Positions 38,311-48,602 of a stretch of 64,000 nucleotides of DNA are shown one piece after another. The position numbers and the translations under genes were made by a program. Each line of letters opens with the position of its first letter. Positions within the stretch are counted from its first letter, which is position 1. Source of the stretch: an uncultured Chloroflexia bacterium (GTDB taxonomy: Bacteria; Chloroflexota; Limnocylindria; Limnocylindrales; CSP1-4); the NCBI GenBank assembly GCA_963752475.1, contig CAVVYR010000019.1, positions 32,001 through 96,000 of the forward strand, in the 5' to 3' direction. The notes beneath the pieces were generated by a model that was given only the letters and a program-made list of their open reading frames with translations, ran no database searches and had not been told where the DNA came from.

Positions 38311-39588
38311 ATGAGCAAGCTCCCGAAGCGAACGATCGCCTCACTGCTGGCCACGATGCTGGCCGTGCCGATGGTGGCGCCCGTTGCGATCGCGCAGGAC
38401 GAGACGACCGCTGACGACGTCACGTTGACCCTGTGGTCCTGGCGCCCAGAGGACGAAGACGCCTACAACACCATCTTCGACGTCTACGAAGAGGCCAACC
38501 CGGGCGTCACGGTCGAGTTCGTGCCGTTCGTCAATACCGACTACAACAACATCCTCAGTACCGGCCTGACCGGCGACGGCGGTCCCGATGTCGCTCAGCT
38601 CCGTGCCTACGGCGGCCTCCAGCCATTGGTGGAGGCCGGCCAGCTGCTGCCGCTCGACGGCGAGGTCGACCTCAGCAACTTCACCGACAACGCGCTCAAG
38701 GCCGCGACCGGCCTCTCCGACGGTCAGGTCTATGGCGTGCCCTTCGCCTACCAGGCCTTCACTGCCTTCTACAACAAGGGCATCTTCGATGAGCTCGGCC
38801 TGTCCGAGCCCGAGACGTGGGACGAGTTCGTGACCGTGCTTGACACGCTCAAGGAGAACGAGATCATCCCCATCTCCACGCCCGGCAAGGACAACTGGAT
38901 GATGGCCATCGTGATGGACGCCATCGGTGCCCCGCGCTACGGCGGCCAGGAGTTCGAGGCCGAGATCCTTAGCGGTGCTACCGACTTCAACGACCCGGAC
39001 TACGTCGCGGCCATCGAGCTGATGCAGTGGCTCCAGGACTACATCCCCGAGGACGTCATCGGCGTCAGCTACGACGATTCCAGGACGCTCTTCCTGACCG
39101 AGCTCGCAGGTGTCTTCATCGGCGGCTCGTTCGAGATCGGCTTCTGGCGTGACAACGGCCCCGACCTCGACCTCGGTGTCTTCCAGGTCCCGGCTCCGCC
39201 CGACTCGCTCGCTCCGGCCAGCGTCGTCGGCTGGATGGACGGCTCCTACGGCGTCAACGCCAACTCGGACAACCCCGAAGAGGCCAAGGCGCTCGTGGAG
39301 TGGATGGGCACGCAGGAGTTCGGCCAGCTCTTCACCGAGAACATCAAGCAGCTCTCGCCGATTCCGGGCACCACACCCGACGACGAGCTGCTGGCCGAGT
39401 TCGGCGAGCTCTTCGCGGCGTCGCCCGTCTCGTACCTGCACCTCGTGAACTTCCGCTACGAGCAGCCTAACGGCGACGCCTTGCTGCGTGACGGCATCGC
39501 CGCCATGTGGCTGGGAGAGATGGAGCCGGCCGAGGTCGCTGCCGACGTGCAGATGGGCCTCGAGCAGTGGTTCACTCCGGGGGAATAG
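38311..39588 (+). CDS. Carbohydrate ABC transporter substrate-binding protein
   Basis: Signal peptide, WSWRPED, FYNKGIFDELG, PETWDEF; SD GAGGAGG. Confidence 0.92.
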   Translation: MSKLPKRTIASLLATMLAVPMVAPVAIAQDETTADDVTLTLWSWRPEDEDAYNTIFDVYEEANPGVTVEFVPFVNTDYNNILSTGLTGDGGPDVAQLRAYGGLQPLVEAGQLLPLDGEVDLSNFTDNALKAATGLSDGQVYGVPFAYQAFTAFYNKGIFDELGLSEPETWDEFVTVLDTLKENEIIPISTPGKDNWMMAIVMDAIGAPRYGGQEFEAEILSGATDFNDPDYVAAIELMQWLQDYIPEDVIGVSYDDSRTLFLTELAGVFIGGSFEIGFWRDNGPDLDLGVFQVPAPPDSLAPASVVGWMDGSYGVNANSDNPEEAKALVEWMGTQEFGQLFTENIKQLSPIPGTTPDDELLAEFGELFAASPVSYLHLVNFRYEQPNGDALLRDGIAAMWLGEMEPAEVAADVQMGLEQWFTPGE

Positions 39589-39595
39589 CGAGTAG

Positions 39596-40564
39596 ATGAC
39601 CGCGGGCTCATCTCCCAGGTCCGCCAGGCGCACTCGCCCCACGTCGAACAACGGCGTGGGGCGGGCGGCGCCCCCGTGGCGGACCCGTCTGGTCTTCCTG
39701 GCGCCCGCGTTCCTGCTCTACACCGTCTTCCTCATCTGGCCGCTGATCCAGGCGCTCTTCTTCAGCTTCTTCGAGTGGAAGGGCACGGCCCGCGGCGGCT
39801 TCGCCGGCTTCGACAACTTCGTCGAGCTCTTCACTCGCTTCCCGCTCAACGAGCAGCTTCCGCGGGCCTTCCTGCACAACATCGTCTTCTACGTCGCGAC
39901 GATGGCCATCACCGTCGCCGTGGCGCTGCTCTTCGCGGTCCTGCTCCAGAAGGCGCGTCGGGGGCGGGGGTTCCTGCGCGTGATCTACGTGCTGCCCTAC
40001 ATGATCAGCCCGCTCGTAGTGGGCTACATCTGGTCGCTCATCCTCAACCCCACCTTCGGGCCCGTGAACTCGGTGCTCAAGGATCTGGGGCTCGACGACC
40101 TGGCGCTGCCCTGGCTGGGTGATCCGGCCACCGCCTTCCCCGTGGTCATCATGGTCAACGCCTGGTACTACCTGGGCTTCCCGATGTTGCTGTTCGCGGC
40201 CGGCCTCGCGGCCATCCCCGACGACTACGCCGAGGCGGCCGAGGTCGACGGGGCCAGCTCGTGGCAGACCTTCCGTCACGTCACCTTTCCGCTGCTGACG
40301 CCGGTCTTCGGGACCGTGGCCGTGCTCGTCTTCATCTACTCCTTCAACGTCTTCGGCCTGGTCTGGGCCATGGGCGGCGTGAGTGGCGGTCCCATCGGCT
40401 CGACCGACGTCCTGGGACTGCTCTTCTATCGCACCGCCTTCGACGGAGGCGTCAACGCCTTCGGTACGGCGTCCGCGCTGGCGGTGGTGATGTTCATCGC
40501 CATCTTCGGCGTGTCCATGACCGCGCGCTGGTGGTTCGGCCGGCTCGAGGAGGGACTGGCGTGA
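39596..40564 (+). CDS. Carbohydrate ABC transporter permease
   Basis: YAEAAEVDGAS...HVTFPLL. Confidence 0.92.
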   Translation: MTAGSSPRSARRTRPTSNNGVGRAAPPWRTRLVFLAPAFLLYTVFLIWPLIQALFFSFFEWKGTARGGFAGFDNFVELFTRFPLNEQLPRAFLHNIVFYVATMAITVAVALLFAVLLQKARRGRGFLRVIYVLPYMISPLVVGYIWSLILNPTFGPVNSVLKDLGLDDLALPWLGDPATAFPVVIMVNAWYYLGFPMLLFAAGLAAIPDDYAEAAEVDGASSWQTFRHVTFPLLTPVFGTVAVLVFIYSFNVFGLVWAMGGVSGGPIGSTDVLGLLFYRTAFDGGVNAFGTASALAVVMFIAIFGVSMTARWWFGRLEEGLA

Positions 40565-41436
40565 CGAGCGCGACCCGGGCCGGCGGTTCGGGTGGCGGCG
40601 GGCCCCGGCGGCGGCGCGTCAACCCCACGGGCGCAGCCATCTCCATCCTGTTGTGGGGCTACGTCTTCATCGTGCTGGCGCCGATGCTGCTCATCCTGCT
40701 CAACTCGATGCGGCCCACGCGGCAGATCTTCCGCGAGCCCATCGGGTTGCCGGAGTCGATCAACCTCGACAGCTACGTGCGGGCCTGGGGCGAGGCCAAC
40801 TTCAGCGAGTACTTCGTCAACTCGGTCGTCATCGTGGTGGCCTCGGTCACGCTCGCCACCGCGGTCTCCGCGCTCGCGGCCTACATCCTGGGCCGCCATA
40901 GCTTCCGCGGCAGCACGGTGCTGGCCATCTTCTTCCTCTCGGGCCTGCTGCTGCCGTTCCGGCTTGCGATCATGCCGCTGTTCCTTCTGCTGCAGGACCT
41001 GGGTCTCGTCGACACGCGCCTGGGCCTGATCCTCGTCTACGCCGCCACCGGCATCCCCTTCAGCGTCTTCATCCTCAGTGCCTACTTCCGGCAGCTGCCC
41101 GTCGACCTGGCCGAGGCGGCCAAGATGGACGGGGCAGGGGAGTACACGATCTTCGGGCGCATCATGCTGCCGCTGGTGCGACCGGCATTGGCGACCGTGG
41201 CGGTGTTCCAGTTCGTTCCGCTGTGGAACGACTTCTTCTTTCCGCTGGTGCTGCTGCGCTCGTCGGAGAAGTGGACGCTGCCGGTGGGCATGACGCGCTT
41301 CTTTGGCGAGTTCCAGACCGACTGGTCGACGCTCTTCGCGGGCATCACCATCACGACGCTGCCCTTGATCGTCGTCTTCCTTCTGGCCACGCGCCAGATC
41401 ATCGCCGGCCTCACCGCCGGCATCGGCAAGCTCTAG
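40561..41436 (+). CDS. Carbohydrate ABC transporter permease
   Basis: GTGA overlap; [23 protein letters not shown]. Confidence 0.92.
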   Translation: MTSATRAGGSGGGGPRRRRVNPTGAAISILLWGYVFIVLAPMLLILLNSMRPTRQIFREPIGLPESINLDSYVRAWGEANFSEYFVNSVVIVVASVTLATAVSALAAYILGRHSFRGSTVLAIFFLSGLLLPFRLAIMPLFLLLQDLGLVDTRLGLILVYAATGIPFSVFILSAYFRQLPVDLAEAAKMDGAGEYTIFGRIMLPLVRPALATVAVFQFVPLWNDFFFPLVLLRSSEKWTLPVGMTRFFGEFQTDWSTLFAGITITTLPLIVVFLLATRQIIAGLTAGIGKL

Positions 41437-42014
41437 CTCGAGCCGCCCTCCGCGGCCGGGTTCTCGATGGGCGCGCCGATGATCGAGCCCCACTCGGTCC
41501 AGGACCCGTCGTAGTTGCGCACCCGCTCGTAGCCCAGGAGCTCGTGCAGTACGAACCAGCTGTGGCTGGAGCGCTCGCCGATACGGCAGTAGGCCACGAC
41601 GTCCTTCTCGGCCGTGGCGCCCTTGGCCTCGTATTGCGCCCGCAGCTCGTGGGCCAGCCAGTAGGCCCGTCCGCCGTTGATGAGGCTGACCCTGGTGAGT
41701 CCGTGCAGGCCCAGCTGCCAGTAGGCTCAGGCCGCGAACCAGTTGCTGTTGTCGCCGTAGAGCACGATGTGCGTGTCCGGCCCGATGCCCGAGGTGGACA
41801 GCAGCACCGACAGCTCCTCGCGGCTGACGATGTCTCGGCGGATGCCGTCCGATAGCTGCGTTTCCCAGTTCCAGCCGACCGCTCCGGGGATGTGGCCTTG
41901 CGAGTAGGCCTCGGTGTCGACGTCGACCTCCACGAAGCGCACGCCCCGATCGTCGAGGTGCTCCCGCGCCGACTCGGCGCCGACGAGGGCGTTGGGATTG
42001 GCGTAGTCGGACAT
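41433..42014 (-). pseudogene. Sulfurtransferase (CysA/SseA rhodanese) pseudogene
   Basis: GHIPGA...NWFAA*AYW (TGA at 41727-41729); in-frame loss of the linker and first half of domain 2; retains YCRIGERS and YDGSWTEW. Confidence 0.88.
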
Positions 42015-42019
42015 GACTG

Positions 42020-42795
42020 GCTCCTGGGAGAGAGGTTGGTCGGGGCCCGAGCGTAGATCCGAAGCTCGCTGCCGAGACGGTCCCGCACGGCTCGGACCGA
42101 CGTGTTCGAGCCGGTGTCGAGCGTCTGCAGCTTCGACACCCTCGCCATCACGTCCAGCAGATGATCGCTCTTGCCGCAGGAATGCAGCCGTATCGGTCCG
42201 AGCTCCTCGGCCAGCCTGTTCACGAAGGGCACGACGAACCGCTCGTACTCTCGTCGTACATCTTGAGGAACATCTCCTCGCTGTAGAGCTTCATCGAGGT
42301 CGTGACGAAGCCGTGGATGCTGGCGCGACCCGAGCTGTCCCAGAAGAACGGAGGGATGACGGTCAGGTCGGGGTGGGTGCGCCGCGATTCCTCGATCTGC
42401 TCATCGAACGTGCGCACGAAGGGATGGTCCAGCAGCGTGTCGGGATGGGGCAACTCGCTGGGGGAGTCGATGCCTGCCAGCGGCGCCACGTCCGCGAGGT
42501 CGATGTCCTGCGAGTCGTACCACGCCATCTGCGCGCCCAGCGCCACTCCCAGGATGAGATTGGGCTGGATGCCACCGACGAGGACCTGGTCCGGACGCCA
42601 GTGGGCGAGCTGTGCCAGGTTCGACTCGAGGTTGTAGAGCGCGTGCCGCGGGAAGCGCTGGCGCAGGAAGTCGTCGATGGCCATGTCCTGCTCTCGCCGG
42701 AACAGCGGATCCATGTAGTAGCGCTCGGGGAAGGTGAACCCGGCTTCCTCGTTGAGCCAGCCCTTGGAGACGCTAGTGACGATGGCGACAGTCAT
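42020..42795 (-). pseudogene. URO-D superfamily pseudogene (internal deletion with frameshift, C-terminal truncation)
   Basis: ...FLKMYD joined out of frame near 42251 to EYERFVVPFVNRL...RLHSCG...LDTGSNT; ends without the final barrel strands. Confidence 0.7.
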
Positions 42796-42811
42796 GGCGC
42801 GGACTCCTCTT

Positions 42812-43861
42812 CTAGCGCTTCAACAGGATTCGACGAGCGTTGTCGGCGTACACGCGTCGCAGCACTTCGTCCGGCAGCCCGACGCCGTGGATCTGCCATC
42901 GACCCTGGAGCGGGTAGTCGCCGAGGTCGTAGTCGAAGGACTCATCGAACGTCTCGAGGAAGCGGTAGAAGATGCGGTACATCTCCGGGTCGTAGCCGAA
43001 ATCGGTGCCGAACAGGATGCGGTCGCTGTACTTCAGGAAGAACTCACGCGCGGTGTACGGCTGGCGACCGAGCTCGCTGATGCGGGCGGAGATGTCGACG
43101 TAGAGGTTGGGATTGCGGTCGAGCATGCCGGAGACCAGCGCCAGGTCCTCCGAGGCACAGCCGACGTGCGCTCCGATGAAGGTCGTATCGGGGTGGCGGG
43201 CGACCACGCGCTCGAAAGCCGCGATGATCTCGTCGAACATCGGGAAGCCTGCCTCGTCGGCCTCCGAACGAGGCGGCCAGAAGTGCCAGTCCGGATGAGC
43301 GTTCAACTCTTCCCAGCGCTCGTTGTACTCGTCGAGGCGATCGAAGAAGGCGATCGGATCTGCGACGTGCACGATGACCACCGCGCCGGTTCGGGCAGCG
43401 ACGGCCCACACCGGATCGAGGCGAGGGTCGTCGACCGGCACCAGTCGCCCCTGGGGGTCACGAGCGCGCAGCCCCAGCGGCTTCCAGGCCTTGATGCCCA
43501 CGGCTCCACGCTCGACGGAGTCCTCGAAGCGTTCGGCCTCCATCTGTCCGAAGTCGGGCCGCTCTGCCCACTCGTCGTAGGCCATCTGTGCCACGTGTGC
43601 GAAGCGTGACGGGTGGGCGCCAGCGTATTTGGCGTGGCGCTCGCTCAGCGCCTCACCCTGTCCACCATCGAGATCGACGATGGTCTCCACCGCCGCCTCA
43701 TCGAGAGCCGCAAGAAGCTCGGACACCGGCCGCCTGGACCAGCCGTAGCTGAAGACGTCGCCGAGGTGATTGTGGGCGTCGACGACGCCGAAGCGCGGCT
43801 TCTCGATACGGTGCTCGGGCAAGCGCAGCTTGTTCACGGGTCGGTAATCGTTCAGACGCAT
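42812..43861 (-). CDS. Amidohydrolase family protein
   Basis: VDAHNHLG, VHVADP, GAHVG, VDISAR, DRILFGTD. Confidence 0.9.
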   Translation of the reverse strand: MRLNDYRPVNKLRLPEHRIEKPRFGVVDAHNHLGDVFSYGWSRRPVSELLAALDEAAVETIVDLDGGQGEALSERHAKYAGAHPSRFAHVAQMAYDEWAERPDFGQMEAERFEDSVERGAVGIKAWKPLGLRARDPQGRLVPVDDPRLDPVWAVAARTGAVVIVHVADPIAFFDRLDEYNERWEELNAHPDWHFWPPRSEADEAGFPMFDEIIAAFERVVARHPDTTFIGAHVGCASEDLALVSGMLDRNPNLYVDISARISELGRQPYTAREFFLKYSDRILFGTDFGYDPEMYRIFYRFLETFDESFDYDLGDYPLQGRWQIHGVGLPDEVLRRVYADNARRILLKR

Positions 43862-43876
43862 GGTTCCCCCGCCGGG

Positions 43877-43995
43877 CTACTTGATGCTGCCGGCGGCGAG
43901 ACCGCCGACGAGCCATTACTCGATGATGATGAAGAGGATGACCACCGGCACGATGGCCACGAGCGACGAGGCACTGCCAGTCCCACCTGTGTCAA
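43877..43995 (-). pseudogene. C-terminal remnant of a carbohydrate ABC permease
   Basis: Manual translation: (HRWDWQ)...ASSLVAIVPVVILFIIIE*WLVGGLAAGSIK*, with an internal TAA and a frameshift. Confidence 0.75.
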
Positions 43996-44125
43996 CAGTG
44001 AGCGTTCAAGATCGCTGGGCTCGACAGCCCTGACGTGGCCGGGCGGTGCTCCCGACGGGTGGATACGTGCGGTGTGTTCTGCAACACTGAACCCACGTCA
44101 CCTACGGCAGTCGTAAGGAGCAGGC

Positions 44126-45313
44126 ATGAACGGACGCGAACGGATGGCTCTTGCGATGAGCGGCGGGGAGGCCGATCGCGTCCCGGTGATGTGCCAGTTG
44201 GCCATCGGCCACTACATGCTCAACACGGACATCGATCCCGTCGATATCTGGTTCACGAGCGATGGCTTCGCACGCGCCCTCGTGCAACTCCAGCGTCGCT
44301 ACCGCTTCGATGGCATCCTCGTGAACCTGCCCGGTCGGCCGGACGGGGTGCTCGACCGGGTCGTTTCTCGACGACGGACACCTGACGGCCAGGTCCTCGA
44401 GTTCGACACCGGCGAGCGGGTCGAGGTCCCTGATGATGACAACGCCCAGATGAAGCTCGGGTCATCCGGCCGGGAAGATCGCTTCGACTTCCTCAGCCAC
44501 ACTGTCGCCGACCTCGATGACCTGGACCAATTCGCCGGCTACCTGTGGGGTACCTACCACATCCCCTGGCTGCCCGAAAAGGCCGACCCCGGTCCGCTCA
44601 GCGAGGTGCCCGAGTACTTCTACCGCACGATCGACCAGGTCCGCGAGCTGACCGACGGCGAGGTCGCGGTCCACGGCGAGGTGTTCTCGCCCTTCACCCA
44701 CTTCATGGAGCTCGTGGGCTACGAGTCGGCCCTGACGAACCTCGTCATGGACCCCGACAAGGCGCACGCCATCCTCGAGCGGTTGACGGCCGCATCGATG
44801 GCCTGGGCGGCGGGACAGGCTCAGCGTGGCGTCGACGCCGTCCTCATCTCGTCCGCATTCGCCGGCGGCCCGCTGCTCTCGCCCGAGTACTACAGGGACT
44901 TCGTGATGCCCTACGAAGCCCGTGTCGTCGAGGCCACGAAGCGTGAGGGTGTCCCGGTCTATACGCACACCTGTGGTGCCATCGGGGACCGGCTCGATCT
45001 GATGGTGGCGACCGGGACAGAGGGCGTCGACACGCTCGATCCGCCGCCCCTTGGGAGCGTCGAACTGGCCGAGGCCAAGGCGCAGATCGGCGATCGGGTG
45101 TTCCTCAAGGGCAACATGAACTCGGTCGAGCTGCTCCGCATGCAGACGGCCGACGAGGTGCGGGCCCATGCCCGCGACCGCATCGTCAAGGGCTCACCCG
45201 GCGGTGGCTACATCCTGTCGACGGCCTGCTCCGTGGCACCCGGCGTGGAGCCCTGGAAGCTGGAGATGCTTGCGCCTCTCGCCGAAGAGATCGGTGCGTA
45301 CGCCAAGCCCTGA
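44126..45313 (+). CDS. URO-D superfamily protein (methylcobamide methyltransferase-like)
   Basis: MNGRERMALAMSGGEADRVPV, LLSPEYYRDFVMPY, YTHTCG, KGNMN, GGYILSTACSV; SD AAGGAG. Confidence 0.88.
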   Translation: MNGRERMALAMSGGEADRVPVMCQLAIGHYMLNTDIDPVDIWFTSDGFARALVQLQRRYRFDGILVNLPGRPDGVLDRVVSRRRTPDGQVLEFDTGERVEVPDDDNAQMKLGSSGREDRFDFLSHTVADLDDLDQFAGYLWGTYHIPWLPEKADPGPLSEVPEYFYRTIDQVRELTDGEVAVHGEVFSPFTHFMELVGYESALTNLVMDPDKAHAILERLTAASMAWAAGQAQRGVDAVLISSAFAGGPLLSPEYYRDFVMPYEARVVEATKREGVPVYTHTCGAIGDRLDLMVATGTEGVDTLDPPPLGSVELAEAKAQIGDRVFLKGNMNSVELLRMQTADEVRAHARDRIVKGSPGGGYILSTACSVAPGVEPWKLEMLAPLAEEIGAYAKP

Positions 45314-46141
45314 TCAGCCCTTGACGGCACCGGAGGTGAGGCCCCGGATGAACTGCTTCGACATGAGCAGGTAGAGCACGAGGATCGGCAGGGCGGATAG
45401 CGAAAGCGCGCTGAGGATGCGGTTCCAGTCGGTCTGGTACTGACCGAACAACGCCGTGACTCCAAGCATCACCGTGTTGTGCGAGTCGTTGCTGATGAGG
45501 ATCAGCGGGAACCAGATGTCGTTCCAGATGGGGATCAGGCTGAAGATGGCCACCGTCGCGAGCGCCGGCCGGATGAGCGGCAGGGTGATCTTGTAGTACA
45601 TCTGCCACTCCGACGCCCCGTCGACCCGGCCAGCCTCCCCCAGCTCATGGGGCAACCCCCTGATGAAGGCCGTCAACACGAAGATGCCGATGGGCAGGCT
45701 CATCGCGACGTAGATGGGGATCAGTCCGTACATCGTGTCGATGAGCCCGAGCGACTTCACGATCTGGATGAGGTTGATGGTGCCCAGGCGGATGGGCACC
45801 ATCATGCCCGCGATGAAGGCCAGGTAGACCAGCGTCGACGTCCGCGATCGCCAGTTGGCGAGGGCATAGGCAGCGAGGGAGCCGATGAACATCACGAGCA
45901 CGATGGCGGTGATGGTCACGAAGAGGCTGTTGCGGAAGTAGAGCGCGAAGTCCCCATCGGTCCAGGCCCGGATGTAGCCGTCGAAGGTGATCGTGTCCGG
46001 GATCCCGTAGGGGTTGCGGAAGATGTCGCGCTTGGGCTTGAGCGAGTTCGAGAGCATCGTCCACAGCGGGAACAGGACGATGAGCGCCCATGCGCCGAGG
46101 ATGAGGTGGGTGGCGAGCTTGGAGCTGCGGGACTGCTTCAT
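45314..46141 (-). CDS. Carbohydrate ABC transporter permease
   Basis: ELGEAGRVDGAS, WNDIWFPL, GLTSGAVKG. Confidence 0.93.
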   Translation of the reverse strand: MKQSRSSKLATHLILGAWALIVLFPLWTMLSNSLKPKRDIFRNPYGIPDTITFDGYIRAWTDGDFALYFRNSLFVTITAIVLVMFIGSLAAYALANWRSRTSTLVYLAFIAGMMVPIRLGTINLIQIVKSLGLIDTMYGLIPIYVAMSLPIGIFVLTAFIRGLPHELGEAGRVDGASEWQMYYKITLPLIRPALATVAIFSLIPIWNDIWFPLILISNDSHNTVMLGVTALFGQYQTDWNRILSALSLSALPILVLYLLMSKQFIRGLTSGAVKG

Positions 46142-46144
46142 CGA

Positions 46145-47116
46145 CTAGGCCCTGTCATCGCCACGACGGGAATAGACGAGCCACATCGAGACGCCGGCGA
46201 AGAGGATGAGGAAGGTGAGCGTAGCGACGGCCGCGCCGATGCCCATCTCGGGCCGCGCGACCGGGTGCTCGCCCGCGATCGCGGTGCGGTAGAAGAACGT
46301 GCCCAGCAAGTCCGCCTGGTAGTCGGGTTCACCTCTCACGCCGGCCATCGCGAAGACCACGTCGAAGGCGTTGAAGTTGCCCACGAAGGTGAGCACGGTG
46401 ACGATGCCGATGACGGGCTTGAGCAGCGGGAGCTGGATGCTCCGGAACGTACGCCACGCGCCGGCCCCGTCGATGGCGGCAGCTTCGAGCAGGTCGTCCG
46501 AGATGCTCAGGAGCCCAGCCAGGAAGAGCATGGTCGGGAGCCCGACCCACTGCCACGAGGAGACCAGCGAGATCGCCGGGAGCACAAGGTCCGGGTCGCC
46601 GAGCCAGGGCCGAGCCAGCGCTTCGAGGCCCACGTTCTCGAGCAATGCGTTGAGGGCGCCCCAGCGTGGATTGAGGATGAGCGTCCACAGGAAGCCGGTG
46701 ACCAGCACCGACAACGTCGCGGGCACGAAGATGATCGTGCGGTAGAAGTTCCGGCCCCTGAAGGGCTTCGAGAGCAGGAGCGCGAAGAGCAGGCCCAGCG
46801 TGTTCTGGACCAGGATGTGGATGAAGAAGAAGATGAAGGTGTTGCCGAGGGCGTTGAGGAACCGGTCTCGGTACCACGGGTTGCTGAAGAGTTCGACGTA
46901 GTTGTCGAGGCCCACGAACCGCTCGGGCGTGAGGCCCGTGCCCGTGTAGAGGCTGAGCCCCATGGAGTTGATGAGGGGCAGCGCCATGAACCCGACGTAG
47001 ATGACGACCGCCGGGATGAGGAAGATGATCCACCAACGGCGTCGGGTGCGTTCCAGGCTCCGGAGCGACGACCCGCCGGTAGTGTCGGCGACCTTCCGGC
47101 TCGTCCCTGCTGTCAT
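46145..47116 (-). CDS. Carbohydrate ABC transporter permease
   Basis: LLEAAAIDGAG...IQLPLL. Confidence 0.93.
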   Translation of the reverse strand: MTAGTSRKVADTTGGSSLRSLERTRRRWWIIFLIPAVVIYVGFMALPLINSMGLSLYTGTGLTPERFVGLDNYVELFSNPWYRDRFLNALGNTFIFFFIHILVQNTLGLLFALLLSKPFRGRNFYRTIIFVPATLSVLVTGFLWTLILNPRWGALNALLENVGLEALARPWLGDPDLVLPAISLVSSWQWVGLPTMLFLAGLLSISDDLLEAAAIDGAGAWRTFRSIQLPLLKPVIGIVTVLTFVGNFNAFDVVFAMAGVRGEPDYQADLLGTFFYRTAIAGEHPVARPEMGIGAAVATLTFLILFAGVSMWLVYSRRGDDRA

Positions 47117-47138
47117 CGCGAGTCCTCGGTCATGTCAG

Positions 47139-47175
47139 CGACGGAGGCGGAGCCTCTCGACCCCTACCTCCGTCG
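47139..47175 (-). other. Stem-loop between SBP and permease genes
   Basis: CGACGGAGG...CCTCCGTCG. Confidence 0.55.
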
Positions 47176-47217
47176 ATGGTCACTCGATGCTAGTGATCGC
47201 TACCGATCGGCAGTGCG

Positions 47218-48498
47218 CTACGCACCGCAGCCCTGCGCCGGCTCGTACCACTCGGCCAGCCCTGCCTGCAGGGCATCCGCAGCCTCCTGCGGCGTGGTCG
47301 TGCCGTTGGAGATGCCGACCGCACCCGCCTGCATCAGCGTGTAGCCGTCGGGGCTGCCGTCGAGCAGCACCGGCCAGGCCCAGCGGACGTCGAGCCCGGC
47401 TGCCGTCTCGTTGAAGCCGAGGAACGTCGCGGCGTGCTCGTTCTCGACCACCGGGATCTCCTCATGCGCCGGGAAGAAGCCCGGAAGCTCGGCTGCGAGC
47501 AGCTCGGCGAGCTGCGGGCCGGAGAGCCAGTCGAGGAAGACCTTGGCGGCTTCCTGGTTCTCTGACGCGGCGTTCAGGCCCATGCCGGCGTCGAGATGGA
47601 AGGTCACGTGCTGGTCCTTGCCCTCCGGCGCGGGGATCGGGAAGATGCTCCACTCGAAGTCGGGCGCCTCGGACTCGAAGAACGGGATGTCCCACGAGCC
47701 GCCGAACCACATCGCCGCCTCGCCCAGAAGGAACAGCTGCTGGCTGTCGTAGTACGCCAGTGCCTCGTGCCCCTCGGGCAGGTAGGGCGTGATGTCCGCG
47801 ACCGCCTGGAACGCGGAGACCGCGTTCTCATCGTTGAAGCAGCGCTCGCCGCTGAGGTACGCCTGGCGGCCCTCGACGCCACCGATGAACGTCGGTGCCA
47901 GGTTCATGAAGACGATCTCGGCCATGGTCCACTCGTCGCCGGCCGCGTTGGCGAACGCGTCGTAGCCTGCGTCCTGGACCGCTTGGGCGGTAGCGATGAG
48001 CTCGTCCCAAGAGGTCGGGACCGAGAGCCCGAGCTCGTCCAGGAGGTCGGCGTTGTAGTAGATGCCGTGCGAGACGGCCACGAACGGAATGCCGTAGGGC
48101 ACGCCGTCGTCGGTGGCCCATGGCGCGCGCGCGCCTTCGGTGAAGTTCTCCATCAGCTGCGGGACGTCACTCAGCTCCGAGAGGAAGCCCTCGTCGTAGA
48201 GCTGACGCGACGTGGAGAACGACCGCAGGTACATCAGGTCGGGACCGGTCCCGGCCTCGAGCTGCGAGCGCAGCGTGGCGTTGTAGTCCGGTGGGTTCGT
48301 GGGGTCGAAGCTCACCATGATGTCCGGATGCTCGGCGTGGAACGCGTCAAGGATGGTGTTCATCTGGTCGACGTCATCGACGCGCCAGGAACCCATCACG
48401 AGCTCCGTCTGGTCCTGCGCTGCGGTTGGCGCCGCACCCGCGACGGCGAGGACGCCTGCAGCTCCCATGGCCACGAGCCCGGTGAATCGCTTGGACAT
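47218..48498 (-). CDS. Carbohydrate ABC transporter substrate-binding protein
   Basis: Signal peptide (TAA-Q), GIYYNADLLDELG, PTSWDEL; SD GGAGG before 48498. Confidence 0.92.
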   Translation of the reverse strand: MSKRFTGLVAMGAAGVLAVAGAAPTAAQDQTELVMGSWRVDDVDQMNTILDAFHAEHPDIMVSFDPTNPPDYNATLRSQLEAGTGPDLMYLRSFSTSRQLYDEGFLSELSDVPQLMENFTEGARAPWATDDGVPYGIPFVAVSHGIYYNADLLDELGLSVPTSWDELIATAQAVQDAGYDAFANAAGDEWTMAEIVFMNLAPTFIGGVEGRQAYLSGERCFNDENAVSAFQAVADITPYLPEGHEALAYYDSQQLFLLGEAAMWFGGSWDIPFFESEAPDFEWSIFPIPAPEGKDQHVTFHLDAGMGLNAASENQEAAKVFLDWLSGPQLAELLAAELPGFFPAHEEIPVVENEHAATFLGFNETAAGLDVRWAWPVLLDGSPDGYTLMQAGAVGISNGTTTPQEAADALQAGLAEWYEPAQGCGA

Positions 48499-48602
48499 GT
48501 GTGTTCTGTCCCTCCTCCGTGCGTCTCGTCCGCCAGCGACGTGACCCTGCGACATCCGGTCAGCCAGGTCCCGCCGATGCCAAGCCGGGAGACACTCCAC
48601 GG

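Noticed and set aside
41727-41729. In-frame TGA as selenocysteine or recoded Trp
   Set aside because: It aligns with a non-catalytic aromatic position, not Cys; the gene also has a large deletion; TGA is a normal stop throughout the window
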